DNA of 64,000 nucleotides, taken from contig BAAIJX010000005.1 in NCBI GenBank assembly GCA_054600435.1, forward strand, positions 310,001 to 374,000, written 5' to 3'. The stretch's first letter is position 1. The number at the start of each line of letters is the position of its first letter. Below are positions 1 through 13,019 of this stretch, one piece after another. The notes beneath the pieces were generated by a model. The model saw nothing but the letters and a program-made list of their open reading frames with translations, ran no database searches and had not been told where the DNA came from. Origin of the DNA: Neophaeotheca triangularis. Its lineage: Eukaryota. The translations under genes and the position numbers were made by a program.

Positions 1-649
1 CTCGCGTGGCAAAGTGACTAGCGGAGGTGACTGCAGTGACAGCCTCAGGGTGAGTGAATCAGGAAGCTGAATCTAGTTCTCACGTACTGACTTCAAGACA
101 TAGGCCACCAACCAGCTCCTCACGGCACTCGACAGGCTTCGCGATGCCAAAAACGTCTTCGTCTTGTGCACCAGCAATCTGATCGAAGCCATCGACCCGG
201 CTTTTGTCGATCGGATGGATGTAAAGCAGCTCATCCCTTGTCCGTCCCCGTCAGCTATCTATGAGATTTTTCGCTCGTGCCTTAACGAGCTCATCAGGAG
301 TGGCACCATCGAAACTGACGCCACACCAACTTCGCCTGACCCACCAAGCTCGCCGTTCGCGGACGGTCGCCCGGATGGACACCGGGCAAGCTCGCCATGG
401 ACCGTCCTTGACCACGTTCCCGAATGGGCTGAGATGCGTGAGCGGCTTCCTTTGCAGCCAGATTCTCCGGGTAGCAAGGCATGGGCTCTGGCTCAGCGGT
501 GCGTCGGCTTGAGTGGCCGTGCTCTGAGACGTCTTCCTGTGCTAGGCCTCGCTAAATATACTTGGGGTGGAGCTTGTTCACTGTCTAAGGCTGTTGCTGC
601 GCTTACGGCGGCGGTGGAGCAGGAGTTGCTAGTTGTTGTCCGTACGTGA
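1..649 (+). CDS. PCH2: Pachytene checkpoint AAA+ ATPase (Pch2/TRIP13 family), 3' part; 5' end lies outside the window
   Basis: Removing intron 50-103 (GTGAGT...TACTGAC...TAG) gives DSLR|ATNQLLTALDRLR...VLCTSNLIEAIDPAFVDRMD, followed by GLSGRALRRLP. These are typical Pch2/TRIP13 AAA motifs. Confidence 0.8.
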
Positions 650-836
650 GGGGCGATCAAGAGAAGCGAGTGAAAGAGGATGTGGAGCTGCGACTGATGC
701 CAGGGGGAAAAGGTGGCTTGCTGGTGACTTGGTGGTTGGGGTTGCTGTCAGATCAGATGTCGGCGGGGAAAACCGTTCGCTCAGAACGCTTATACACTGA
801 TCGCTAGAAATACAAGGTGCACTTGCAAAGTGCGTG

Positions 837-2402
837 CTATTCGTCTTCACTGCTTCCGCCGTCTTCTTCCCCTTCCTCCTCAGCAGCACCGACCTCAATG
901 GTCGCATCGTCCTCCGTGTTGTTCGCATTGCCATCCATCACAAAAGCGCCGAGGCATGTGATGCGATCCCCTGTCTCTTGCGTGCCCACCAGCGAGCCGA
1001 CTTGCTTGAGTGCTGCACCCTTCTGAGAGTCCGTCTTCAAGAGCTCATCTGCCTGCAATGTCCACAGCCTCACTGCACCGTCGCTGCTGCCTGTGACCAC
1101 CAACAAAGACTTCGCGTTGCCTTCCTGAGCCGGAAGCTGCAAAGTCTCGAAATCCTTGACGCGACCACTCGTTCCAGCAGCAGTACCACCAAGCTGTGCA
1201 ACACAAGCGCATTGAGGTAGTTTGCCATCGCTACTGGCCGCAGTCGCCTCGGTAGAAAAGAAGAGAATGCGACCGTCCTCGGTAGAGACGGAAAAAACGC
1301 CTCCCTCTCCTTCCCCCAAACCCTCAACAAACCGCATCTGATGCCACTTCGTCGGCTGTGGCGCCTTGAAGACCGCTTTCGGCTCGGAGTCAAGACCAAA
1401 AAGCACCGCGCCTCTCTCAAAGCCCACGACGTAATTCTCTCCCGCCGCATCCCAGAGTACTCGCCTCCCCTCCCCACTACTGAACCTCCCCTCGCCTACT
1501 TGAGCAAGCAAGTCGCGGTCGAAATTCAAAACCCCGGCCTTTTTGCCCGTCATCAAGTTCCACAGCCTCATACACCGCTCACCCTTTCCCACGCTCAGCA
1601 TCAGCTTTTGAGAAGGGTGGATGGCGAAATCATTCACCCCAGCCGGGACCTCGCCGGGCCCTGCCGTGTCACCCGAAGGCCGGCCTTGGACTTTGGGAAT
1701 CGGGGCCTTGATGGTGGATAACACGGTCCAGTCTCGTGTCCGGGAGATGGCGACGGTGCTGTCCTCGGCGGAGCTGAAGAGCTTGCCCTTGGCGGGGAAA
1801 TGCAACCGCGTGACGGCGCGATCGTGGTGGACCAAGCTGCCGAGGGAGCGGTTCTTGGAATTCTCGACGATTGCGGTGCGGGAGAGGGAGGGAAGGGCTG
1901 GGCCGTTGTTCTGGGAAGCTTGCGGGGGCGCCGTGGAGATGCTGTAGAGGTTTATGCGCTCGTCGGCGCCGCCGGTGGCGAGGATGCGTTTGTCGGCTTC
2001 GGTTGGTGGCGAGACTGCTAGACAGCGCACTGCTGCTGTGTGGGCGGCGAAGAGGAAGGTGTCGGAAAAGGAGGCTTTAGGTGCATCGTCTGGCTGTTCC
2101 TTGGGAGTTTTGGATTGCTTGGAAAGAAGAGATTGCGGGATGGTTGCGGCCAAGCCGTGGAGGACGCGTTCATAAGATCCGGTGACTATTTGGATGCTGA
2201 TACTGCAGTTGGGATCTTGCGCTGAAGGAACCTCTGCAGCCCTGGAAGCAGCGGGTTTCGAGGAGGATGCCTTGGGCTTTTGCTTGAGATTTTCCTTTGT
2301 AGCATTCCCGGGTTTGGGTTTGAAGGCGGCAGATTGTGTCGCGACCTTTTTGACCTTGGAGGAATTGCCGTTGGCCTCTTGCAGTTTTCTTTTGACTGCC
2401 AT
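837..2402 (-). CDS. MAK11: 60S ribosome biogenesis WD40 protein Mak11/PAK1IP1
   Basis: Intronless 521-aa ORF with IQIVTGSYERVLHG, FLFAAH, HPSQKLMLSVGKGERCMRLWNLMTGKKAGVLNF, RVKDF and RITCL motifs and an acidic tail. Confidence 0.9.
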   Translation of the reverse strand: MAVKRKLQEANGNSSKVKKVATQSAAFKPKPGNATKENLKQKPKASSSKPAASRAAEVPSAQDPNCSISIQIVTGSYERVLHGLAATIPQSLLSKQSKTPKEQPDDAPKASFSDTFLFAAHTAAVRCLAVSPPTEADKRILATGGADERINLYSISTAPPQASQNNGPALPSLSRTAIVENSKNRSLGSLVHHDRAVTRLHFPAKGKLFSSAEDSTVAISRTRDWTVLSTIKAPIPKVQGRPSGDTAGPGEVPAGVNDFAIHPSQKLMLSVGKGERCMRLWNLMTGKKAGVLNFDRDLLAQVGEGRFSSGEGRRVLWDAAGENYVVGFERGAVLFGLDSEPKAVFKAPQPTKWHQMRFVEGLGEGEGGVFSVSTEDGRILFFSTEATAASSDGKLPQCACVAQLGGTAAGTSGRVKDFETLQLPAQEGNAKSLLVVTGSSDGAVRLWTLQADELLKTDSQKGAALKQVGSLVGTQETGDRITCLGAFVMDGNANNTEDDATIEVGAAEEEGEEDGGSSEDE

Positions 2403-2599
2403 AGTGTCTAGTAGCGATGTAGTTGTAATTGTAATTGTTAGTTGGTAATTGCAGACAAAAAAATCGATAGATTATTCCATCCCGAGCGAGCTTCATTAAA
2501 AAAGTTCAGGGCAAATCCGCGGCGGGGGCCAGCTAACGGGGCTTGGCAAGCGGACGTGGACGTCGCGTTCGCTGTGCACTTTCGCCGCTGTGCACTTTC

Positions 2600-2718
2600 G
2601 CTCTGCTGCTCTGCTCTGCTCTGCTCTCCCTCCCAGTCCACACTCCTCACCCCCGGTCGCAAACAGCCGACTTCATCATCGAGTTCGGCACAGCACCAAC
2701 GACACGACACGACACGAC
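2600..2718. repeat. Short microsatellites (CTCTG)n and (ACACG)n in the divergent MAK11/EAF1 intergenic region
   Basis: gctctgctgctctgctctgctctgctct at about 2600-2627 and cgacacgacacgacacgac at about 2700-2718. Confidence 0.6.
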
Positions 2719-2900
2719 AACGGGCGACCGACAACAAGACAAACAATTAATCAACCCCTTTCTCCATCTTCACGTTAATTCACACCTCTCTCGCCATTCC
2801 ATCACCCTCGACGCGCTCCCTTCACTCGACGCAACTTCACACATTGCCGGCCTGCGCATTGTGTGGGAAAACCGATGAGGTGCCCACGCGACAGGCTTTC

Positions 2901-5900
2901 ATGTCGGACGTCCTGAACCTCGACAGCGTCTTCAACAAACAGCATGAGATAACGTGAGTCTTGACCCGATATTCACCATATTACCATCAAAACACAGCCC
3001 TTCCTTCGCTCTATGCCTGAAGCCGCTTCAATTGATGGAAATGTCGCGTGTAACCATGTTCTGATGCCCGACTGCAGCTCCATCTTGTCGCAGCGCCAAG
3101 CCTCACTTCGCGCCCTCTACGCAGTCACAAGCCTCGTAGACAACAACGCCGATCTGTCAGCGCTATGTGACCCGGGCACCTCGCCGCCGGCCGCTTCTGA
3201 TGAAGCTGCTTGGTTAAAGGCGAACAGTATTTCCAGGTATGTCTAGTTGCTCCCCCCGATACAATCCATGTCATTGCCGTCGCATTCGACACTAACGTCG
3301 CTCGCAGCGGCTTCAACGACGATACGCTGCCTTACCCAAAGATACCCCACGATGCCCCCATATACGACGCAAACCGTAATAGATCATCCGAGCCCTCCAC
3401 CGGGCAAGCGCAAACTGATGCGACCGCCCATGCGCTCGCTAGTGATGCCCCCGTAACTGCGTCGAACACCCCCGGTACTGCTGAGGACGCGATGTCCGCC
3501 CCGATCTTGCAACAGCCCAGCGATGTGCTGTCAGGAAGCGAGAGGCATGACATTCTTACGTCGCGCGCCACTCCCAAGTCACCCACCCCTAAGGAGGTCT
3601 CTACCGCCATGCCGGCCCAGATTGCGCAGCCCGAGCCCGAAGAAGAAGCTCAACTATCTTCGGCGACAAAGCAGCTGCTCGACCTTGAGACGCCCAAGTC
3701 CTCAGCTAAGACGGTTCACCTGCCACCGCAAAAGGTCCAGGAAGAGCGTCTGCGCGAGCGCGAGCGCGAGCAGGAACACGAAAAGAACAAGCAACCGGAG
3801 CCAGAGCCTGCAAAAGGGACACGCTTCGCGCCGGCTTCATCACAGACGCACAACGAGCTCGCCTCATCTCCATCTTCAACCGTCGGAGCGTGGTCTGCCA
3901 CTACGCCCATGCCAGCGCAAGGTTCTCCCGATACTTCCCCTGACTCTGAGCCGGGCCACCTCGATGTCGAGCCTCCAAAGGATCTTAGGCCAAGTCCGAG
4001 GGAGCAACTGGAAAAGGAAAGCCATGACAAACATCTGGCAGCTCAGAAGGAGATTGCCAGGCAGCAAGCGATGGGGGATGTCACGACACCTGACGATCAG
4101 CTCCGATGGGAGGAACGCGAAGCAGCCGCACGGGATGCAGAGGAGACAGCGGCAAAGGAAGATGCCAAAGGTCCGGAGCCAGACCGTGACACCGTAATGG
4201 GAGATACGGAGGCCGAGCAGGTTACAGTAGCATTGGAGGCTGAACCGTCGGTCGGCGACTCGCAACCTCCCGCGCCAAGCAAAGAACCATTACAACCTAA
4301 GCCCTCTTCAGAGCATTCCTTGAACCAGGACCAAGGTTACCATTCCCAGGCAGCCGCCGAAGATGATGACAACATCACCGTCACCCCTCGAACACGCGCG
4401 CCACTGGAGGCTGACGTGCGGAGCAAACAAGAGACAAATGCGAATGAGACTTCTGATATGGCACCGCCAGCTCAAACACCTTCCGCGCCGTTCAGTGGTC
4501 AATTACGAAAAGAATCAAGCTCCGGTCTGTTGGCCCCGAGCCCTCACATTTCACCTGCTCAGGCTAGGAGAAGTTCGTCGGATGCCTCACAAACGGAACC
4601 GGCCCCTTTCATGACTGCACGCCACCCTCAAGACAGACCTTCGAGCTCGCATGCCATGCAGACTCCACGCAAAACGAGGCGAACTTCTTTGCCGTGGTCC
4701 CCGCCAAAAGTCACCCCTGACTTTAAGACCTTGTCTGCTCTTGAAGGCGCCGAGAACGATCCCGATCGAGACTATCTCGAGCCTCTGTTCAGAACGCAGG
4801 CCCATGATTCTGGTAGCATTCCGACCAAACGATTGACCGACTTGGTCCGATCAGCCTCCAAGACTCTTGGCACCGAGGACCACTTTACTCAACTACACGA
4901 GCGTACCGATTACAACATCTTGAAACGTATCTACCATCTCCAGAATGCCAACAAGTGGTCGTTGAGACAGATGCAACACTGCAAGGAGCCTGAGCAGCCA
5001 GCCAGCCATCTGGACCACATGATGGCTGAGATGAAGTGGATGCGCAAGGATTTTAAGGCCGAGCGAAAGATGAAGAAGAGCATCTGCGCATGGCTTGCAC
5101 GTAGGTGTCAGGACTACGTGACAGCTACGCCAGAAGAACAGCAAGAGATGCGGGTATGCGTGAAGCAATCTCGGTCGCAGAAAGCCGCTGCATCCCAGCA
5201 ATCTCAAGAACAGGACTCGTTGCCAGACCTGGACTCATCCGCAGAATCGGCACCCGAGGACGAGCATCTTCCGACAACACCAGCCCAGGTAGATAGCTTC
5301 CCCCAGGGGCTCATCGTCGAGCCAGATCTTGTCGGAACTGTGGCGGATCTCAAACGAGCAGGGGTATTGACCAAAACCATCAACGACCTACCCATTGCGG
5401 AGAGGTTCCGGACCGTTCATAATGAACCTGTTCCACCAGCCCAGGCCCTCAGTCTTGTTTCGAAATTTGTGGATGGCAAGGTTGTACCGAAAGCGCCAGG
5501 GCCGCACAAGAAACGGAGCAGATACGACTACCAAGACGAAGATGAGCTGGAAGACATGGAACCACAGAACAAGCGGATCCGCAGAGAGCGTGACTTGCCA
5601 CCGGAAGAGCAAGATATATCGCTGTTTTTGCCGGAGAATAAGCACATACGCGATCGTCTTCATGCCAATAATGCCTTCAGACCACCATCTGCGGATTTCC
5701 CCATGCCCACTACAGCCTTCTACGAATCTCGTTCCGGATCCCAGTGGCTTTTCGAGGATGACCAGAAGTTGCGGAATCTCGTCAAGGACTACAGCTTCAA
5801 CTGGACTTTGATTGCGTCAGAGCTTTCCATGCCTTCAAGGTACCAGAGTTCGGCCGAACGGCGTACGCCCTGGGAGTGTTTTGAACGCTATGTCGAGATG

Positions 5901-7706
5901 GAGACGTTGCCAACAGAGATGCGGAAGACTGTGTATTTCAAGACTTGGTACCAGCGCCTGGAACAAAGTGCTCAAGCCGCAGAGCGTAAATATCAGGCTC
6001 AAGTGGCGGCGGCCCAACAAGCTCAGAACGGAGGCCAAGGATATACGCCCGTGCGCAAGAGAACCGTGCCAACTCGGGTCGAGAAGCGCCGTAGCTCACG
6101 ATATATCCGACTTGTCGATGGTTTCCGTAGAGCAGCTCGCAAGAAGGAGACGCAGGCTGCGAAGCAAGCAGAGCAGGCGCGCAACGCCAGCCAGAGGAAA
6201 TCGCAGGCAGAACCTCCGGCTCCCAGGCAATCTACCATGATGACGCCTCAGCAATTCTCTCAAAAGAGACACGAGAGAGACATGGCAGCGATAGAACACG
6301 AGCGGCAACTCCGTGTTCAGTTCATGAAACGTCAACAAGAGCAAGCACAGCGACAAAGGGCAGCGGCGCAGGGCGGTGTGCCTGGGCAGCAGCAGCAGCA
6401 GCCGCCGCAGCAGCAAAGGCCTGGAAACCCACCCGGACAAGTACCACACCCGCAGCAGCAGCCTCATGGAGGTCAAGCAGCACAGGCCCCTCGGCAGAAT
6501 GTGCAGATGGCTCAGCGTAACGGCCATCTGGCGGTTCCCCACATAGGTGCCAATGGGGTTCCTCAGGCACAAATGCGGCCAAATGGGCAAATGGCACACC
6601 CGACAGACATGCAAAGACTGGCACACGCAAACATGCAACGGAACGCTCAGCAGTACCCCAACCAACAACAATATCCGATGCCGACACCGAATATGCAAAG
6701 CCCAGGTAGCGGTGGGATGAACAACCAACAGCAACTGCAAAGCAATCAAGCTCTTCTCTCGGCTATGCAAGCTTCGCAGCGCGGGCAGGATGGCAGCAAT
6801 AACATGGCCCGCGGCGTTGCCCAAGGTAACAATCAAGATGTGGCTGCTTCGCCTAGCCAGATGCCGCCGCCTCCAACACCAAATCAAATGCCTCCTCAGC
6901 AGCTCTCGAGTGGTATGGTACCGGCAGTGGTCGCTATACGTTCGACGTTGAAGCAACAGCACCCGAACATCACCGACGAACAGTTGCAGCAACTCGTCAG
7001 CCAACAACTCAAGATGCAGTCACAGTCGCAATCTAGCAACCAACATGCGCGACAGCAGCATCAGTCAGAACAGGCTAGGATGAGTGCCATGAACGCAGCC
7101 GCTGGCTACCCCCCATCTTCTGGTGCTGGTCAAGGTTCCGTACAACAAAACCACGCGCAAGCGCCAAAGATGCAGCAGCAGTATCCTCCGAACCAAGTGC
7201 CCTACCAGAACAACCAAAGGATGCCCAGCCAACAAGCCAGTCCGTACATGAACGGCGACAGCGCAAACCAAAACGGCATGAATGGAGCCCATTCCTCTCC
7301 CCAACAACAAACCCAGCACAACACCTACGCGCGGATGATGCAACAGCAGCAGCTGCAACAACGCCAGATGAACCAGCAAATGCAGAACCTACAATCCCCT
7401 AACTCGGCAAACACACAGCTCGCTGGCAGCCCAGGGTCCCACCCGAGCCCAAACATGACAGCGACTGCGGAGTCTCCGCAGATGCAGTACGCTGGTATGA
7501 ATGGAGTGGCTGGTGGCATGAACGGGCAGCAGCAGGCTCAGCGTCCTCCGAGTCGCGGCAGCAATACGCCACAATTGCAGCGTATGGGCAGTTCCGGATC
7601 TGTGCCGCCTGCGGCCAGTATCGGACCGCAGGGTATGCAGAGCCCGAACGCGCAGCAGCAGCTTCAAGGGAGTCCAAGGAACATGCAAGCTGGGGTGGCT
7701 AGGTGA
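2901..7706 (+). CDS. EAF1: NuA4 histone acetyltransferase scaffold Eaf1/Vid21
   Basis: Exons 2901-2953, 3078-3236 and 3308-7706 join in frame across GT-AG introns. The protein has an HSA domain (RIYHLQNANKWSLRQ...HLDHMMAEMKWMRKDFKAERKMK), a SANT/Myb domain (WLFEDDQKLRNLVKDYSFNW...RRTPWECFERY) and a Q-rich C-terminus. Confidence 0.9.
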
Positions 7707-8613
7707 AGTGGTGATTCTAGAGAAATGACACCTCGTTCGAGAGGACCCGAACGCGCGCGCGTGTTCAAGGGGAGGAGCGAGGCGGAGTAGTTGCGAAGGC
7801 GCGAAAAATACTGCGGCGCTACACGATGTTTTATAAGGCGGTCTTTCGACCAAACTCGAGCCATCGGGAAGTAGTAAGGTAGCGTAGACAGCTACTAGTA
7901 TATACCAAGAGTAGCAAATACCTATTCGTTTTGAAGATCGCACCCCATGAATCTGTGAGTAGCCCAAGCCATTAGAGCAACGAGCGGAGTGTGAATGCAA
8001 ACACATACACTCGCCCACAATCACCACGATACAGCACCTCGAACCGTAAACATGTTGACACTGCGGACTGCAAGCAAGTCATGCCTCAAAACTGACCATC
8101 GTGCAGCTAACCCGACCGACCGAGAGGTGACAAGTTGAGAGCGAGCACGATCAAGTCATGTGACTCGATCCTTCCTGGACGACATGTCTTGGCAACCCAA
8201 TATACCCCTATCGCCAACATGCCCAATCCCTTCAATCGCACCAAATGATGACAGGCGAAAAGCTCCAAGAACCACCTCACCAATATCAAATTGATGCTCG
8301 CGAGCGAAGGTCATGTGCCGAAAACCCTCATGACCCATTCTCCACGCCCGTGGCCGGAATCAATCCGGCCAGGCAAATCACAAAACATGGAGTTACATGA
8401 TGGGATTTCCAGGCTCAACAAAGCTGGCCGGAACCAAACCGGCCACGGCTGTATATCAACGCGCCAATTCCCCCAAGCCTGAAATCCGTTTTCTGCTTCC
8501 TTTCATCATCCTCTTGATATTGTTCAGCTTTTGGAAGTACTGGAGCACGTGACCTTGCCAAGACTTTCATCACTACCTACCTACCTACCTACCTGACAAC
8601 CACTCTAGTCACC

Positions 8614-10291
8614 ATGAGCCCGCACTTCGATAAAGACTTTGTCGACGATGCCGCAACGCCGCCGACCACCAGCAGCGTCAAGCAGACCTTCCCCCACATG
8701 CGTGCCGATGCCGCCGCCCTGCCATCGTCGCTGGACCCGGTAAGTCCTTACTCAACCCACCTCGACTCCGCGAACATCTTGACTTAACATTCAAACCCCC
8801 AAAGTTCACAATCACAACCTCCAACGGTTTCCTGCCCTTCAAAGCCCCCTTGATCAGTCTACCTCCCGCCTTCGATGCTTTGACCAAGCTATTGGAAGAC
8901 ATGCCCGTCGTCAGGGCTGACGGGACTCCCGGCTTGCTGGCCACCTATGATTTGGGGCCTTTGATTGATGGCGGAAAGGTCTTGCCGGACTTGTTGGCCG
9001 AGGTCGATGGTCTTGTTACCGGGGACGGGAGTCCCGATATGTTCGCCATCACTGCGGCGTTTAGGGATTATGCTTTTTTGGCTTCGGCTTATCTGCTTGA
9101 GCCTTGTTGGGAGAGGTGGTGTCAAGGTATGCTCGATGGTGGTTTCTTATTGTCTTGATGGCTTGTTGCTGACAATTATTCATAGGTCATCGGGATGGGT
9201 ACGGTGTTGGGAGGGCAGTGCTGCCGAAGGAGATTGCTGGCCCACTGGTCAAGACTGGTGACATGTAAGTCAAGACCAAACGTGCTGCTGCATTATTTCC
9301 CATTGCTAACCATGGTACTTTTAGCCTCGACATCCCTCCTTTCATGAGCTACGCTGCCGCCTACGCGCTATTCAACTACAGCTTCAAAGACCCCAACATC
9401 GGCACAGACACCTACGAAAACATGCGTCTCATCCGCGCTTTCGAGAAAGGTCTCGACCCAGTCAGTTCCGAAGCGGGCTTCGTGCTCACGCACATCGACA
9501 TGGTCAAGCACACGCCGACGCTGGTGCAAGGGGCCACTGATCTCCTCGACACCGTCGCCATGAACGGCGGCAAGACCGCCACGACCGAGGCCTTCGGCCA
9601 TCTCCTAAGTGCCATGAAAGTCATCGAAGCCTCAATGGAACGCATGTGGGCGCAGTCGAAACCGGCAGATTACATCAGCTTCCGCACTTTCATCTTCGGG
9701 CTCAAAGACGACAAGCTCTTCCCGCAAGGCGTCACTTACGAGGGCCAAGACGACAAGGCCTTTTACCGCGGCGAGTCTGGCGCCAACGACAGCATCATCC
9801 CGTTGTTGGACAGTTTGCTCGAGATACCCATGCCCAAGAACGCGCTCACGGACCACCTCGTCTCCTTTCGATCGTACCGCCCACGTCCTCACCGCGAATT
9901 CCTGGCCTACGTGAGGTCCCGGGCGTCGGAGATTGGCGTCAAGGACTACTGCTGCTCGGACGTCGACACCGCCGTGCTGTACCTGCGTCTTCTCGACCAC
10001 GTGCGGAGTTTCCGCTGGAGGCACTGGCTCTTCGCCCGCGAGTACATCATCCGCAGGAGCTCGCACCCAACGGCTACGGGCGGCAGTCCCATCGTCACGT
10101 GGTTACCAAACCAGCTTTTCGCCGTCATGGACCTGATGTGTTCGGTTTGGGATGATGTTGGCGAGGACCAGAGGGTCGGCTTGGATAGCAAGGTGCGGGA
10201 GATGATGAGTGATGTTGAAGACCAGCGGGAGAAATTGGCCAAGGAGGTCACGAAGTGGTGCTCTGAGCGGGGTGTGCCGGAGGGAAGGTGA
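8614..10291 (+). CDS. Indoleamine 2,3-dioxygenase family protein (likely fungal IDO-gamma/IdoC type)
   Basis: Introns 8740-8804, 9127-9185 and 9265-9324 splice in frame. Motifs: FTITTSNGFLP, SEAGFVLTH, FRTFIFG, RGESGANDSIIP, FRWRHWLFAREYII, ATGGSPIVTWLPNQL. Confidence 0.85.
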
Positions 10292-10309
10292 GGGGACTGC
10301 TGTTTCTCT

Positions 10310-12323
10310 CTAGAGTTTGACTTGCCCGTTCTCGAGTCTCTGCCAGTCTTCTCGTCGATAGGGAACATAGCATTGTTCCCCGGGTGGGAGCCAGTACAGT
10401 TGATCGTTGCTGCCGCTCTTCTCGATGATGTCCCAATTAGCGCCCTCCCTCTTGGCCACACCTTTCTGTATCTTGAAAGTGCCAGTATAAGACAATCCCG
10501 GCGTGATTCTCAGGAACATCGGCACGGCATATCGGGGCAGCGACGTTAGCACATGCCGCGACAGAGCCGCGAGATCGAGATTGTCCGTCGTCACGGCATT
10601 CTTCAACACGATAGCGGCGCAACCACAACGGCCATCGGCATTGGGCACAGCGACCCCGTAGACGTTGCACTCGTCAATCTGCCCAAAGGTGCCAAGAACA
10701 TCGCTGACCTCGTTTGTGGAAACGTTTTCACTCCGCCAGCGGAAAGTGTCACCCAGGCGGTCCACGAAGAAGACGCGGCCATCGGCATCCTGACGCATCA
10801 CGTCGCCGCTCCGGAACCATAAATCGCCAGACTCAAAAACATCCTTCATCCACCTCTTCTCCGAAGACCCCGGATTGTTGTAGTAGCCGAGAAAAGCGGC
10901 CGCCTTCATCTCTGCATCAACTTTGTGCAACACCTCCCCGGGCTCGCCGGCTGAGCACTTGATAGCAAAGCCGTCCGGGCCGCGAACAATCTCTTCGGTA
11001 TCTACATCCATCCTGACACGGACTTCTGCGCCACCGTTACGAAAGCGCCAAACGAGGCCGCGAAGACCAATGGCATTTCTCGTGAACTCTCCTTGGTTGG
11101 GGTTGAACATGGAGCCCATGCCATCCGTGGCAGCGTAAAGCTCGTTGATGGTACGAATGGCGAAACGTTGGCGAAAATGCTCCCACACGTCGGGTCTCAT
11201 TCCGTTACCCCAGGCCATGCGTATGTTGTGTTGACGCTCCAGGGGATGCGTCGGCGCGTTGACGAGGTAACGGCAGAGCTCACCGACGTATTGCAAGATG
11301 TTGGCGCCGCTGGCGGAGACTTCGGGCCAGAAGGTCTTGTGGCTGAATTTGCGGCCTAGAGAGATGGAGGAGCCGGCATGGACGCTTGGCCACAGGCAAA
11401 GGCCTTGAGCTGCGCCGTGGTAGAGAGGAAGGCAGGTGTGCATTTTGTCTCCGGGCTTCAGTTTCAGATACTCTGCCATGCTCTGCGCGGTGTTGAGGAT
11501 GCGGCCGGTGGGCATCATGGTCGCTTTTGGTAATCCGGTCGTGCCGGATGTGTAGATTAGAGAACGGAGAGACATTGGGTCCAGGCTTGATGTCCTTGCT
11601 TGTGGGATGGGGGTGCTGTCATTGAGGGATTTGAAGAAAGCTTGATCGTAATACCGGATCGCACCGCCGTAGTTGCCTATCTCGTGGCTACAGGGCTCGA
11701 CCAGGTATTCTATTGATCGATCTGAGATCAGAAAGCGCGCCTCCACCACCTAGACAACCGGAAGTCAGCAGTGACCTCGGGAGGTTGTGGTAGCATATGG
11801 GTCATCACCCACCTTGACGCAATGCTCCAACGCATTACCAGTAAGATTGCAGTTGATGAAAGAAGCAACAGCACCAACAGCATTCAATGCAAACAGCAAC
11901 ATGAGATACTCGGCACTGTTTGGTCCATTGAGAGCAACGATTTCATCCCGTTGCACACCAAGCTCATTCATCAGCCAATTCCCCACCTTCTGCACCTCGT
12001 CGTAAAAAGCCCGGTAGGTCCAGCTCCGGCCTTCGAACTCTAGGAAGAGATAGCTCCCTCGGTCGGAAAGGGCGTGGGTTTCCAAGTCATGGTAGACGAG
12101 CATGCGATCCTGGAGCACTCTTCCTTCGAGAAACATGTACGCGGCGGCTTTGGCTGCGTTGCCAGTCTTTGGCACTGCGTAAAGGTCATGGCGAACGTGG
12201 TATTTTGCATCCATGTACGCTGATGCTGCTGCGGTGCCAGCAACAGCTGCTGCGAGGGTTGTGACTGTTTTTCAAGTTAGCAGGTGGCTGCCATAGTAAG
12301 CCATGATTCTACTGACGAGCCAT
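10310..12323 (-). CDS. Very-long-chain acyl-CoA synthetase / fatty acid transport protein (FATP/Fat1 family)
   Basis: 7-nt first coding exon (12323-12317) and introns 12316-12265 and 11812-11750. AMP-binding motif YTSGTTGLPK, FATP signature DRLGDTFRWRSENVST, C-terminal -VKL. Confidence 0.9.
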
Positions 12324-13019
12324 GCTAAGGTTTGGCTGCCGTTGTTTCGTGACTGGCCAAAGGCAAATTGTGCAGTTTAGTCGATGGGCGTCAAAAACGA
12401 CGTGCCTTTTATATACATACCTCTTTGACCATCTCAAGGACATCAACGGGTACCTCTGTACCCCTTCCTCTACCTCGGGAATGCAAAGCGTTTGCTGCGG
12501 GGGGGACGTAGATATATACAACAACATTCATGCATCAAGTCGATGCGGTACTTATGCGACGCCTTCGAGGCAGCAATAATGATTGACATGACGAGTCTAA
12601 ACAATCAGAGAAAAGCTATAATAGGCAGTCTGCACTGGATTAGAATTTCATGTGGTTAATACTGGAGTACCCTCCGGTCTCGCGTAGTGTACTCAGCTTG
12701 CGTCGCAGGAGAAGGGCCGGAGTGCCTTCTCATGAATCATCATGGTATCCTTAGCTATTTGCTCGATAGAAAGTGCCGCCTGCGCATCACTGATACTACG
12801 ATTCACTGCCCCGTGCTGCGTGTAAAGACAGACATGTCTCGGTTATCGTCTTGTCTTGATATGAGCAGGGAACAGCTGAGGTTGCCGACCCTTGAATCGT
12901 CCCATCCCGGCAAACCCTCGGATCACTCGGCCGAACAAGCACTCACTCCCTCATCGATTTACCCGCCACCGTCCCTGTCTTTGCCTGTCTACATCTGCCA
13001 CAAAAACCGAACCAACACC

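Noticed and set aside
6096..7007. 303-aa antisense ORF inside EAF1, and similar shadow ORFs over GFA1, the 4CL-like gene, the dipeptidase and the C2 gene
   Set aside because: Expected by-products of GC-rich codon bias on the opposite strand; no recognisable motifs.
12687..13019. N-terminal extension of the dipeptidase in the ORF track
   Set aside because: It starts at GTG and is not family-like; the ATG at 13020 has better context and directly precedes the membrane anchor.
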